From: Basidiobolus meristosporus CBS 931.73
Taxonomy: Eukaryota > Fungi > Basidiobolomycota
DNA length: 64,000 nt
Direction: 5' to 3'
Assembly: GCA_002104905.1 (NCBI GenBank)
Contig: MCFE01000461.1
Span: 7,165 to 71,164 of the forward strand
Below, one piece after another: positions 13,331 through 24,722 of the stretch (the stretch's first letter is position 1; the number at the start of each line of letters is the position of its first letter). The notes under the pieces are model-generated. The model saw only the letters and a list, made by a program, of their open reading frames with translations. It was not told the DNA's origin and made no database searches. Made by a program: the position numbers and the translations under genes.

Positions 13331-14044
13331 ATTGGAGCAATAACCCTATGAAAACTATATATATATGTATAAATATATATAAAAAAATTTGGTCAAAATT
13401 TTTCATCACAACAATGTATAGGTGGCTTTTGATTGGTTCCCTGCAATTTGCTCACTTTCTGATCCCAGACGCTCTATTGCCTCCTACATTTGTGCAAATT
13501 GATTGGCTATTGCCTCTTTTTCACACTCCTTACTTCCTGACTCAACCATATCTCTTACTTTTCATGCATACAAATTGATTTATTTCTGTTGAAACTTCAG
13601 TTGTACCTCAATTGCCAATTGTATTGACCTTTACAAGTCTCTATACCCTACACTAACCTTAAGCCCAACCCCACACTCAACAAGTAACTCCATCAAAATC
13701 CATCACTCAATAAGTATTTCTGCTGTAATGCTCTGGTTCCATGACTTTGGCAGGAACCCAACGGCTTTATACCACTGTTCATTCACTGGTTCCCACACGT
13801 CCTGGTCTTCAGCCGGCACTGCACGGTCTAGCTCCTCATCTGCTAGTCTTTGCAAGAAATCCTTGCAATATTCCAGTGCGTTTTCTTGAGCACTGCTCTT
13901 AAAGAAGTGCTGCAACCTCTTGGTGTGCCTATTAATGTTCCAAAACTCCACTGAAGGCATTGTGATAGTCTTTCAAGCTCTTGATGTTGAAGCCTTGTCT
14001 ATCAGTGGGATCTCCACTCTATCAACAATGGAGGCTGTGGAGAC

Positions 14045-14394
14045 TGTTGTAAAAATTCGTATTTTCCACCTAAATATTCACCTAACTTAGTCACTCAGAT
14101 CATCACCTTCAAATCCTAGAGAATACTGACCAAATTCCTTGTCGGGATTTACTTAGAATATTTTCACCAAAATACCAGGTACCCAGAACATGAAAATTCT
14201 CAAAGTTGTCCAAACAGCCCCAAACTTTGCACACATGCTCTTGGGACCTTCCTTAACCTATTCTACGTGTTTGCAATGCCAAGACCATGTAAAAGTATAA
14301 ATACTACTTTTACATTCAATAAATCATTAAGTGAAAACCACATAATCTACTTGTTCTCCAAATCACTTCCAATATCTCCAAGACTCTTACAACA
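14045..14394. mobile_element. Solo LTR family B (350 bp) with 5-bp TSD GAGAC
   Basis: TGTTG...CAACA; GAGAC at 14040-14044 and 14395-14399. Confidence 0.9.
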
Positions 14395-15046
14395 GAGACA
14401 GTGGAGGGTGTGGTAGACAAGTTGCCTTTTTCAGCAAATTCATATACCTTGCTGGAGTGTAGCTCAACTGGCTATGCTTCCAACTCTTGTGAAAACAGCT
14501 GTTTTCTTGTTGGTAATTCTTCTTGGCTATGATGGGATTCAGTCTATTCCTGGCTTGCAGCATTAATTGGCAAGAACTGCAGTTTTTTTTGCATGCCTCC
14601 CTGTCTCAGGCTTGGGTAGACATATTTCCTTTTACCTTTTCCTTTATCACTGCCAGGTCTTTCACTGCTACTCTGTCTGGGTGCTTCTTGTAAAGAGCTA
14701 TGTTTTCTCCTGGATAAATTCTGCTCCAACGCATCTGTTTTGGCCTGCTTGTCCCTTGCTGCCACTCTTCTGACAACTTGATGTTTCTTTTCTGCTTGTT
14801 TTGAGCTCTCAACCATAGTTGTGACAGGCTCCTGTAAAGTTGCTTGCTTTTATCACTGCCAGGTCCTTCACTGCTACTTTGACTGGGTGCTTCTTGAGTG
14901 GTACTACGCCTTTTCCTTGATTAATGTTGTGCTAGTGCATCTGTGTCTGCCTGCTTGCCCCTAACTGGTACTCTTCCAGCTGCCTGACATCTTTTTGATG
15001 CATATCTGCAGCTTTTGGCCCTGCTTGTAATGGGCTCTTGAGGAAG

Positions 15047-16140
15047 TGTTGTGTTGTATTATGATTAGTTTGGGGCTTGTTCTACAATGTAGAGGCTAAT
15101 CAACAATATACAACAACTTCCAGTATGCTAATACTGAAATAGTTTATTAGGAGTTTGATATACCGATAGAAGATATAACTTTCACTAATTTCCTCAATCT
15201 TAGGCTCAAAATATACAGTAGGCAGTGCTTATCACTTCTACAGCAGTGTTCTGACCTTCTGTTGACTAAGGGGTTTATTTACTTTTGTAGTAACTTTTCC
15301 TTATTTGGAAGTCACTTTCCTTTCTGAGAAAATATTTCCTAATATGGAAATTCTGAACTCTCCTTTAACCTAAAGGGGTGTGTTGTAGAAGTCTCTACAG
15401 GGGGCTTTAGACCTAAAGGGGTGTCTAAAGGGGTGTCTTTAGAGTAAAGGGGTTTCTTAGAGGGGACTTTTCCAACAGAAAAGTGGTAGTTTCTTGTAGA
15501 ACTTAGATTGGATTCTTGTGAGCTTTGCAGTCTCTTTACTGATTTAGTACTGATCAAAGTCAGAATACTCAACAGTGCAAGTGATGCAGGGGAAGTCTTA
15601 TAACCTTTAAACTTGTAAATGTAGTGTGGAGATTCTGGAAAGAGAGGCTCTCTCTATTTTTCAGCTGGGGAAGTTATATATATGAAAATTTTGAAGGATC
15701 AAAGTTTTTTGGCAATTGCGCAAGCAATACATGTGATACAAAGCTAAAATTTTGCAGTGGCGCAGATTGGACATAGGCGCAGCACCTGTAAAATCTCACA
15801 TGATTTGATTGGCTGGTTCAAAAGTTACACGCAATCAAAGTCACCATAGTAATCCTAGCAATAAGGCATAGTATATATAATAATTGGACTCTTTTGGTCA
15901 TGACTCCTTAAGTTCTGCTTCAAATGAGCTGTAATTTGAGACATGTGTTGGCTACTACGTGTTCTGTATGACATAAAATTCTTGGGTGGATTGCTTGTCA
16001 GGGTTTGGAGCATTTGCTCTTCAAAGTTGGAAATTCTTGATCTTTCACTTGTGTGTTACAATGGCAAAAAGCAAAATAAAGAAATGAGTGCAATATTGGT
16101 TTAGAGATATTGTAGTAATGGAATACTTTCCATTACCACA
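15047..16140. mobile_element. Solo LTR-like insertion family W (1094 bp) with 4-bp TSD GAAG
   Basis: TGT...ACA termini; GAAG at 15043-15046 and 16141-16144; absent from the ORF2 copy near 12600. Confidence 0.75.
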
Positions 16141-17332
16141 GAAGCTACTGGTATTTAGCCATGGCACCCTTGTTCTTCTGCCTTTGATAGTTTCTACCAT
16201 TCTCAAGATACTTTCTTAGCATACCAATGCTGGCCTAAAACCCATTTGCCTGTTTGAATCTAGGATAATGCTCATGGAACAAGTCAAGTTAATTCTGCTT
16301 GGCCTTGAGTTCCTGATGGTCCCATGGTATGCTGGACTTAAAGTGATGGCATGCTAGACTTCTGACAGCCGCTTGTATATTAGCCCACTCTTCATTATTG
16401 CACTCAACAGCTTCACAGACCTTCAATGTCTTTTGATTTTTAGGCTTTGGTATAAACACAACATTGTCTCCCTGCCATAATGTGATAGGTTTTTCTGTGG
16501 GTTTTATCTTTGGGCACTGTTGTTGTGCTTCAAAGACTGTACAGTGTTCCTCTGCTGCTACATTGGAAAATGGCTCAATTCTTGGCTGTGACATTGAGCT
16601 ACTTGAGTTCCTTCTTTGCAGCTAAGATACTGCTTTCTCTACCTGAAATATTGATTGCTCTACACACATTATCTGCTCATCCTGTTTCTGGACTATTTCC
16701 TGATTTCTCTGGGCCATTGCTTCTATCCTATCAGCCACTGCACCTAATTGCTTCATTAATGCTTTGGTATGAGCTGACAACATACTTGCCAATATGGGTG
16801 GTGGTGATGTTATCATGGCCACTTGCTGATCTTCAGCTGAGAGTACTGCATTTGCTACATTCTCATCTGCCTGAGCATAATGGTCAGCTTGTGGCTCTGC
16901 AGAGGTTCTCAATTTCCTACTTGGCTGAGAGCCTAAGGAGTCTGCATTATTACCTTCAATGAGCACACTGTCCACAGGGCCTTTTTTGGATGTAGCCCTG
17001 CTTATTGCACTGAATTTCAAGGCCAGTTGTTGTCCAACTGTTCTTCTGTTGCTATCAGCGGTGGGGTTTGGTTGAGAGCCAGACAACTTTGCTTTGTTTT
17101 TTGGTGGCATATATATGGAAGTGAGTCAAACCAAAGGGGAGATAGTGTTACATATATGTGTGTATGTGGTGCCACAACTTTATTTATAATGCTTACTATG
17201 GTGGGTCATCATTAAATCTTACATTCATGTAGGTGCAATTCCTCAAATACAAGACTGTCTTAAGTTCACATAGGTATTGACCTAAAAGTGATATAATAGC
17301 GTTATATTGTTGAAGGTCAAACTGTTTGCCCC

Positions 17333-20100
17333 ATGGACAAGACTACTTTGACTCAATACTGTAAGAGAAGACAAAAAAGCCCATGTGGCTATTGTGGCAA
17401 GCCTCTCAGCCATAAAGCATGCAGACAGCATCAAAGTATTACAAGGATCATGGCCAGTGTTCTGCCACCCAAGTCATATTTGACCATTCATTGGTTACTA
17501 CTGTACCAACATGAACTTGCCTGCCAGTTGATACTTCCATATTGGCCCCTGGCTGTCTTTGTCACCTTGTGCAAACTGAGTCAGATGAGTTTGTGGTGCC
17601 TTTGGGCTCACCTCAGCCTTCTGAATATGGCATGCAGAGTGATAGCTCTGACAAAGAAGGTTCACTGATTGATTTTGAGCCTATCTCCCCTAGCAACAGT
17701 ACCACATATGAGCCTTGTCAAATTCCTATATGCAATGAGTCAACACCTGTTGAAACAAATGCCAAGGATACTTTATGGCACTAAGTGAGCCCAGTAATCC
17801 AACTACTGGTGAATGATGTAATGTTGTGGCTAGAGAAGTGGTGCATTTCCACTAATAACAGTAATGGGGGCTTTGAGGATTTATTACTACTTCTTGCCAA
17901 AATCATACCAGGATGCAACTTACCATATACATGGTACAAGTGGACAACCATCATTTGGCTGGCAACATATGATCCTAAGACTGTCCTAATTTCAGAATGT
18001 GTTAACAGTTGCGTGACATTCACATCCAAAAATGCTACCATTGCAACATGTCCAAATTGTCAGGAATCCACTACCATTGAGGGAAAAAATTGTTCACACT
18101 CTGGATATATTCTGGTCTTACCCCATCTGAGGAAGCTGATGCAGTCAGACAAATATTGCAAAGCTATACAGTACTGCACTCAGTATTAATCAAGCACAAA
18201 CATATCCAATATATTTGATGGCAAACATTACAAACAGCTTAGAAGCCAGGGCTACTTTGAAGGTATGTATGATCATGCCTTTGCTTTAGCACTTGATGGA
18301 TTCTCATTAAACAAGTACTCTATCAGCAAATCCTGCTGGCCACTGATTCTCATCAATCTGAATCTGCTGCCCATCTTACAGTATCAGAGCAACAATCTGA
18401 TGGTAGTCTCACTGGTATCTTGGCCTAAATCACCATCCAACCTGGATAGCTACCTGTATGCATTGCTGGATGAATCTTGTATGCTTTCCAGCAGGATAAC
18501 AGTAAATGGCCACCATGTAAAAGTGCATATTATTATCTGCATTGAAAATACCCCAGCCATCAGCAAGATAGCAGGTTTTTCCAGGCACAATTGATGGTAT
18601 TGCTGTCAAATGTGTGAGATCCAGGGGATTTACTCCTTAACTCACACATATTATTATTACCCAAACACCAGCACTAAGAACATCATCTTCCAACAGAGAG
18701 AACCTACAGAAGTAAGCATGCAATTGCAGCAAAGTTGGCAAGCTATTAGTCATATGCCAGAATATGGAATCAACTGGAAACCGGAGATACTTAAGATAGA
18801 GGGTATCTGTTGGAGCAAAAGCTTTCCACTGGGAGCAATGCATTTGCTCTTCAACAATATCCCTATACTGATGACCAAGTTATACATGGGGCATTTCAAG
18901 CTAAATGAGCCTGTTAAGATACCGGAGAAATTTGAAAGAATTGGCAAGATATTATAGAGTATCTGCTACCCTAAGTACTTCTCACAAGCTCTAATTAATA
19001 TTCATACGCATTTGCAACAATACAAATGCAAAGACTGGATGAACTGGATATGTATTCATTCAAGTGGTGTTCTGAAGCCATTTCTACCAGGAGTACATTG
19101 AAAGCATTGGGAATTATATGTGGACATTGTAGGAATATTTATCCAGAAGCGGATCACCAATGCCAACTTGATTCATCTACAGCTGTTGTGTGAGGAGTTT
19201 GTTACAGGATTTGAGCGGCTAAACTACAAACATAAAGCTGAATGTGTAGATCTCTGCCGCTACTGTGTCCATTCTCTACTCCATCTTGCATGATGTGTGG
19301 ATAATATTGGGCCTTGCTTCACCTTTTGGGAGTTTCCTATGGAGCAGGTGTGTGGGGAGATAGGAAGACAAGTCAAGTTGCATGTACTACCATATCCCAA
19401 TCTCATCAAGAATATTACCTTCAAGTCCGTCATGGATGTGATGAGTTGGTACATGGAGGACAGCCAGAAAGAGTTGGAATATATTGAGGACAAATGTGCA
19501 CCTGGAGACACCTATGCCTATGGCATTAAAAAGCTAAGCAGCCCCAATGCATGGGTAATCAGTTAAGTAATGCAAAGTTGGGTTGGGTGCAACAAGCAAC
19601 TAGTTTTTATCAGGAAAACTCTACCATGATATGCTGGATTTCCCATGGTCACAAGCCAACTTCTACACCATTTGATACAGAATTCACACAAACAAAAGCC
19701 GGAGCGCACCTATAAGGGGGACTAAAATCTAGCAGGGAGAAGGAACATATTGGCTAAATACCAAGAAGTTCTTTGCAGATATTCAGGAGGTATTCATGGC
19801 AGAAGTGGCAACAACCAAGCATATGTTTGCAAGATGTACATGTTACCAGCAGTACAAGGTATATGGCAACTTTGCAAGTATCACACTAAAAAGCTGCAAA
19901 GTGGAGGTGATAGCAGTATGTCAATTGCTGCAGGTGTGCACATTTGTAGAGGTTAGTAGGCAAGAGGCCATAGTTTTTTTGATTCAAACTATATGTGGAA
20001 TACCCAAGGTAGTATTGGGTAAGCAAATAAATGGGGGTGATTCTACAGTGGAATATATGAATTGCACAAGGGGAGGCAGAAAAAGGAAATGCTAGTTGGT
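17333..20100 (+). pseudogene. CACTA/En-Spm family transposase (Transposase_21/tnp2-like with DUF4218-like region), decayed
   Basis: CVNSC..F......CPNC; IFDG.HY; ALALDGF...SCWPLILINLNL.P; PA..KIAG...N..CCQMC; MHLLFNN; HSLLHL...GPCFTFWEFPMEQVCG; scattered stops and frameshifts. Confidence 0.85.
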
Positions 20101-20479
20101 AAATTGTATGGTAGCATTATACAGAACCAGCAGTAAGCTGTCATACTGCTGACATAATGCCATCAGAGTCTGGCTGTGAGGCCATTGAAATACCATCAGG
20201 TTTCTTGCCATATAAGGCAGTTGGTTGTCCTGGCCAACTGGATCCATTTAAAATAGGTATAGAGTGCTGAAAGACTGCAGCAATACCATGCAAATATTGT
20301 CAAGTTTTATCCCTTTATTTGGCTGTAAAATTAGCAATATACCATGATGATCTTGTCATAAGATTGTTAGGAGGGTCACTAATTCCGAGCTGCTTTTATT
20401 AAGACGGTCTCTAGATGGGATCTTGATAGATGATCTAGATTAGATCCACCTGCGGGACCAAATTATTTTTCATAGGGCA

Positions 20480-22250
20480 ACAGGTGCAGCAAAAGGTTGC
20501 TGCACTTTTTCAAAAGCAGTGCTCATGAGTACATACTTGAATATCGCAAAGATTCATTGCTACAACTGGCAGACAAGGTGCTGGACCTTTCAGTGCTGGC
20601 CAGATACCAGGAAATATGGGAACCAGTGAGTGAACAGTGGCATAAAGCCATGGTGTTCCCATCAAAGTCATCAAAAAGGGAATATTGGCAGAAGTACTTA
20701 TCAAATGCTGATATTAATAGAGTTACTTGTTGAGTGTGAGATTAGTCTTGATGTTGATGCTGGGTCTAGGGACTTATATTGCTCTGTACAGTTTGAAATT
20801 GAATTACAACTGAAAATTGAAAGGAAATAAGCAAATTTGTATGCATGAAAAGTTAGAGCATTATTAGGATAAGGAAGTAAGAAGTGTGAGAAGGAGGCAA
20901 TAGCCAATTAACTTATACAAGTGTAGGAGGTGATTGAGTTTCAGGTATCCAAAACTGAGAGAATTGGCAGAGAACTAATCACAAGCTACTTATATATTGT
21001 TGTGATTAAAAATTTTGGCCAAGTTTTTTGTGAAATCTGGGGGGCAATTTTTTTCTAAACAGATTTTGTATGGTGTCCTAATGGCAACAATACCTCTTAG
21101 TCACAGGATTCAAATTCTCCAATGGCCTTTTCATGGGAACATCACAATTATTTTTCATATGGAGCACTCAGTCAAAGTGGCAGTGAAACACTTGGCAGTG
21201 ATTGATGTAGAGGTAAAGAGAAAAAAGTCTACCAAAGCCAGAGACAGGTAAACTTGTGTAAAGAGCTGCACCTCTCACCAATTAATGCCATTAGGCCAGG
21301 ATAGGCTGAATACCATAATAACCTAGAAGACTTACCAACAAGAAAATAGATGCTTTCTCAAGAGCTAGAAGTGCAGTCAGTTGAGCTACACTCCTGTGTG
21401 GTAGATCAGCTTGCAGAGTAAGGTAATATTTCTACCACTGCCTCCACATTATCCATTTTAGGCAGAATGGGGATTCTACTGGCAGACAAAGCAACAATGT
21501 TAAGAACTCAAAAGACTGAAACAACGCCTACAGGGGAACTTTGAATATCAATTGGCACATCAAGAGGTTGTAGCACTTTTTCAAGAGTAGTGCTCAAGAA
21601 AACATGCGTGATTTTTGAAAGGATTTATTTTACAGACTGGCAGATAAGGAGCTAGACCTTGCAGTGCTGGCCAAATACCAGGACATATGGGAACCAGTGA
21701 ATGAACAGTGGCATAAAGCTATATGACTCCTGCCAAAGTCATGGAAAAACAGTGTTACAGCATAAATACATATGGAATGGTGGACATTAATGGATTTATT
21801 TGTTGAGTGTGGGGTTGGGCTTAATGTTACTGTTGGGTATAGGGACTTGTTAAGGTCAGTGCACTTGGCATTCTGTTAGAAATAAAGATTTAACAGAAGT
21901 AAACCATGTATATGCATGAAAAGTACAAAAATTTATTGAGTCAGGAAGTAAGGAGTGTGAGAAAGAGACAATAGCCAATTAATGTATGCAAATGTAGGAG
22001 GTGATTCCATGTGTGGTAGCAGAAGGTGAGAGAATTGTTTGAGAACCAATCAAAAACTGCTTCTGTATTGTTGCAATGAAAAAATATGACTAAGTTTGTG
22101 TGAAATCCAGGGTGCAATTATTTTTTATGGTCTTTGCAAAGTGTCCTGATTGGATCAATACCTCTTAGTCAAATGATTTTAACTCTATGATGGCCTTTTG
22201 ACTGGATCATCATAATCTTTCCTCATATGGTATGCTCATTTACAATATCT
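20480..22250 (+). mobile_element. Two further fragments of CMC ORF2 3' half and downstream region
   Basis: 20480-21175 and 21180-22250 match 13400-15046(-) (HFFKSSA.E, WEPV.EQW.KA, CAATACCTCTTAGTCA). Confidence 0.75.
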
Positions 22251-22269
22251 CAATACTAATGACCAAGAT

Positions 22270-23330
22270 ATACACAGGGCATTTCTAATCAAGTGAGTCC
22301 TTAGAGATGCTGGAGAAACTTGAAAGAATTGGCAAGTTCAGGTGATAGAAGTGTGTCAATTGCAGCAGGTGGGCACATGTGTACAGGTTAGTTAGTGGGG
22401 GCTATAATTTTTTACTATTTAGACTATGTGTGGAATACTCATGGCAGTAGTGGGTGAGGAAATACATAGGTGTAGTTCTAGAGTGGAGTATTTGAATGGT
22501 ACAAGGGGAGGCACAGAAATGATATACTTTTTGTAAGTTGTTAGGGTAGCATTCCCTAAGAGAAGAAATAAGAATAGGCCAGCAGAATACTATCTTAATA
22601 TCATTTGAAATATAAAGTTTTTCAAATATGGCAGCTCTAAATATCTCAGGTGCTGGTTGTTGGGCATACCAGCTAATATACTTTCCTGGAGTAGACTAGG
22701 CCAATTTGCAATCAGATCAAATGCAATAATTAGCTAATTGCCACTTCTGCCAAAAATTGCAATTGAAAATCTGAGGAAAAAGCACAAGCTGAAAACCAGC
22801 CAAATACTGTACAAATGCCAGCTGAAAATCAGATAAATTCCAAGTTTGAGATTTTTCATAGTGATTATACATGACTAGCTGTAGACTGCCATACTGCCGT
22901 AATAACCCCAACAGATGACAGTTTTGAGGCCTTCAAAGTGTTGTAAAATTTGTAATTCCACCTATATATTACACCTAGCAAAGTCACTTGGACTATTACC
23001 TAGAAATCTTGGAGAATATTGACCAAATTCCTTGTTGGGATGTACTTTGATTATTTTCACCAAAATATAAGGTACCCATAGCATGAAAATCCTCAGAATT
23101 GTCTAAACAGCTCCAAACTTTGCATATATGTTCTTGAGACCTTCCTAAGCCTATTTTACATTTTTGCTATGCCAAGAGCATGTAAAAGTATAAATACTAC
23201 TTTTACATTCAGTAAATCATTTAGTGTAGAACACATAATATACTTGTTCTCCCAATTACTTCCAATATTTCCAAGACTCTACAGCACAAAGCACCTTCAA
23301 GTCTCTTACCATATGAGGCAATTACATATA
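22270..23330 (+). mobile_element. Second, heavily deleted copy of the CMC transposase 3' region
   Basis: 22270-22340 matches ~18900-18950; 22340-22560 matches 19900-20130; 22870-23330 (minus LTR B) matches 20140-20230. Confidence 0.7.
22939..23286. mobile_element. Solo LTR family B with 5-bp TSD CAAAG
   Basis: TGTTG...CAGCA; CAAAG at 22934-22938 and 23287-23291. Confidence 0.9.
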
Positions 23331-23549
23331 GTAGTTGGTTATGTCTGCTCAGATAAATGTAGACCACATAAAGACTTTCTTAATGCAATACAATCTCAGC
23401 AATAAGTCAGCTAAAAAACTATCAAGTTTATAACTTTATTTTGCAATAAATTTGGCAAAACACCAACACAGTACTGTCACAAGATCATAAAGAGGATTAA
23501 GAATTCCAAGCTACTGGCATTATAATGGCCTCATTGCATGATCCTGGCA

Positions 23550-24410
23550 ATGGATCATGATCACTGGATTGAGTTAGCTCAAAGGGTACCAGATGGGAGA
23601 AAGCCAATATGGTGTAGATGTGTCTACAAGTACAGGACAGCCTCAAGTGGTAATATGATAAGTGAAAGCCCAGGTTGAAGGCTAAAGGCTATTTGCAGAA
23701 GCAAGAACTAGGCTTTAAGGAAACATTTGCTTTGCTAGCCAACTTTCTCTATTGAACTGTTTTGCCCTGGCATCTGCACACCATATAGATCTACACTAAA
23801 AGGATGTAACGCAGCCTTCTTAAGTGGGGATCTTAGCTCATTATGGGTCTATTTGGTACCATCTAAGTTCTCATAATCTAGTGACTCTTTGGTCATTTTA
23901 ATTGGGCATTTGCTATTTCAAAGTTTCTGCTAGTGGCACTGAATACAATGCTTCCTTCACCTTGAGCTTAGCCAGCACCAAATAAAAGTAGATATATGGC
24001 ACTAACCACCACCTTAGTATGAATCTGATGCTAAATTTTTGATAATATTTAGGTAACGCTAAATGGCCTTGATTCATCACACAATGTCATCATACCATTG
24101 ACAAATGAATTGATCTACCTAAGCAGCACTCTGGATACTCATCCAAGCTTTGAATTATTGCTGATGTGTATTATCTTTTGGTTCAAATCGCAACATGAAA
24201 GGATTTAAAGCAGCCTAAAAGACTCTTTGCTTTTCACGCATTTTTCTACAGCATCTACTAGTTTGATTGCCAAATAATTTATGAGAGTTAGGAACCATGG
24301 AAAGCTTGCAGCACAATGTACCTTGCGGGAATTAGGTATTATTGATAAAGACTCTACAACGAAGGGTCTGAAAGCAAACATAGTGGTGGTACATATGTGT
24401 CAGCATGAAA
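23550..24410 (+). pseudogene. Decayed copia RT/RNase H fragment
   Basis: RLKAKGYLQ...GFKETFA and DV..AFLSGDL-like motifs, with frameshifts. Confidence 0.7.
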
Positions 24411-24722
24411 TTAAAAGTAATATGCCATACATAGTCAGTTAATCCAAGGAATATCGAATTCAAAGCAAATCTACATTATTCATCTACAGGTCAAGGGAAA
24501 CCAGTATTTGCATATATGCATAAAAATGAATATGGCTATTAATTTAGTTGTGTATAGCTTTCTTTACGGTCGAGATCTGATTGATCAAGCGGTAAAAGTC
24601 AGGTTTTCATGACTTACCTATTGGTTACAACCGAATGTCGATGCATACATACAACACATCGTTACAAAACAACGTTCTGAAATTATTTCATCCTATTCCA
24701 GACTTAGACTAATTAGCTTACT

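Larger units (their letters stand above)
13703..17110 (-). pseudogene. CMC-element ORF2, unknown protein, interrupted by two solo LTRs
   Basis: Segments 17110-16141, 15046-14395 and 14044-13703 rejoin when the TSD-flanked LTRs are removed; the first join is contiguous in the 11800-13330 copy. Confidence 0.7.
13400..20460. mobile_element. CACTA/En-Spm (CMC)-type DNA transposon relic: ORF2 (-) head-to-head with transposase (+)
   Basis: See component features; termini/TIRs not identified, boundaries approximate. Confidence 0.65.

Noticed and set aside
15088-15242. Small TG...CA unit resembling a solo LTR
   Set aside because: No TSD; lies inside the larger TSD-flanked W unit.
21170-21180. Candidate CACT-type terminal inverted repeat (CAAAGTG)
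   Set aside because: Not shared by the 22250 copy and abuts another ORF2 fragment; TIR not established.
1-24400. RIP (CpA->TpA) as the cause of TE decay
   Set aside because: CpA/TpG dinucleotides remain abundant and the dominant loss is CpG. Isolated TG->TA changes (e.g. LTR B start at 10747) and CAG->TAG stops exist but are too few to claim RIP without computing indices.
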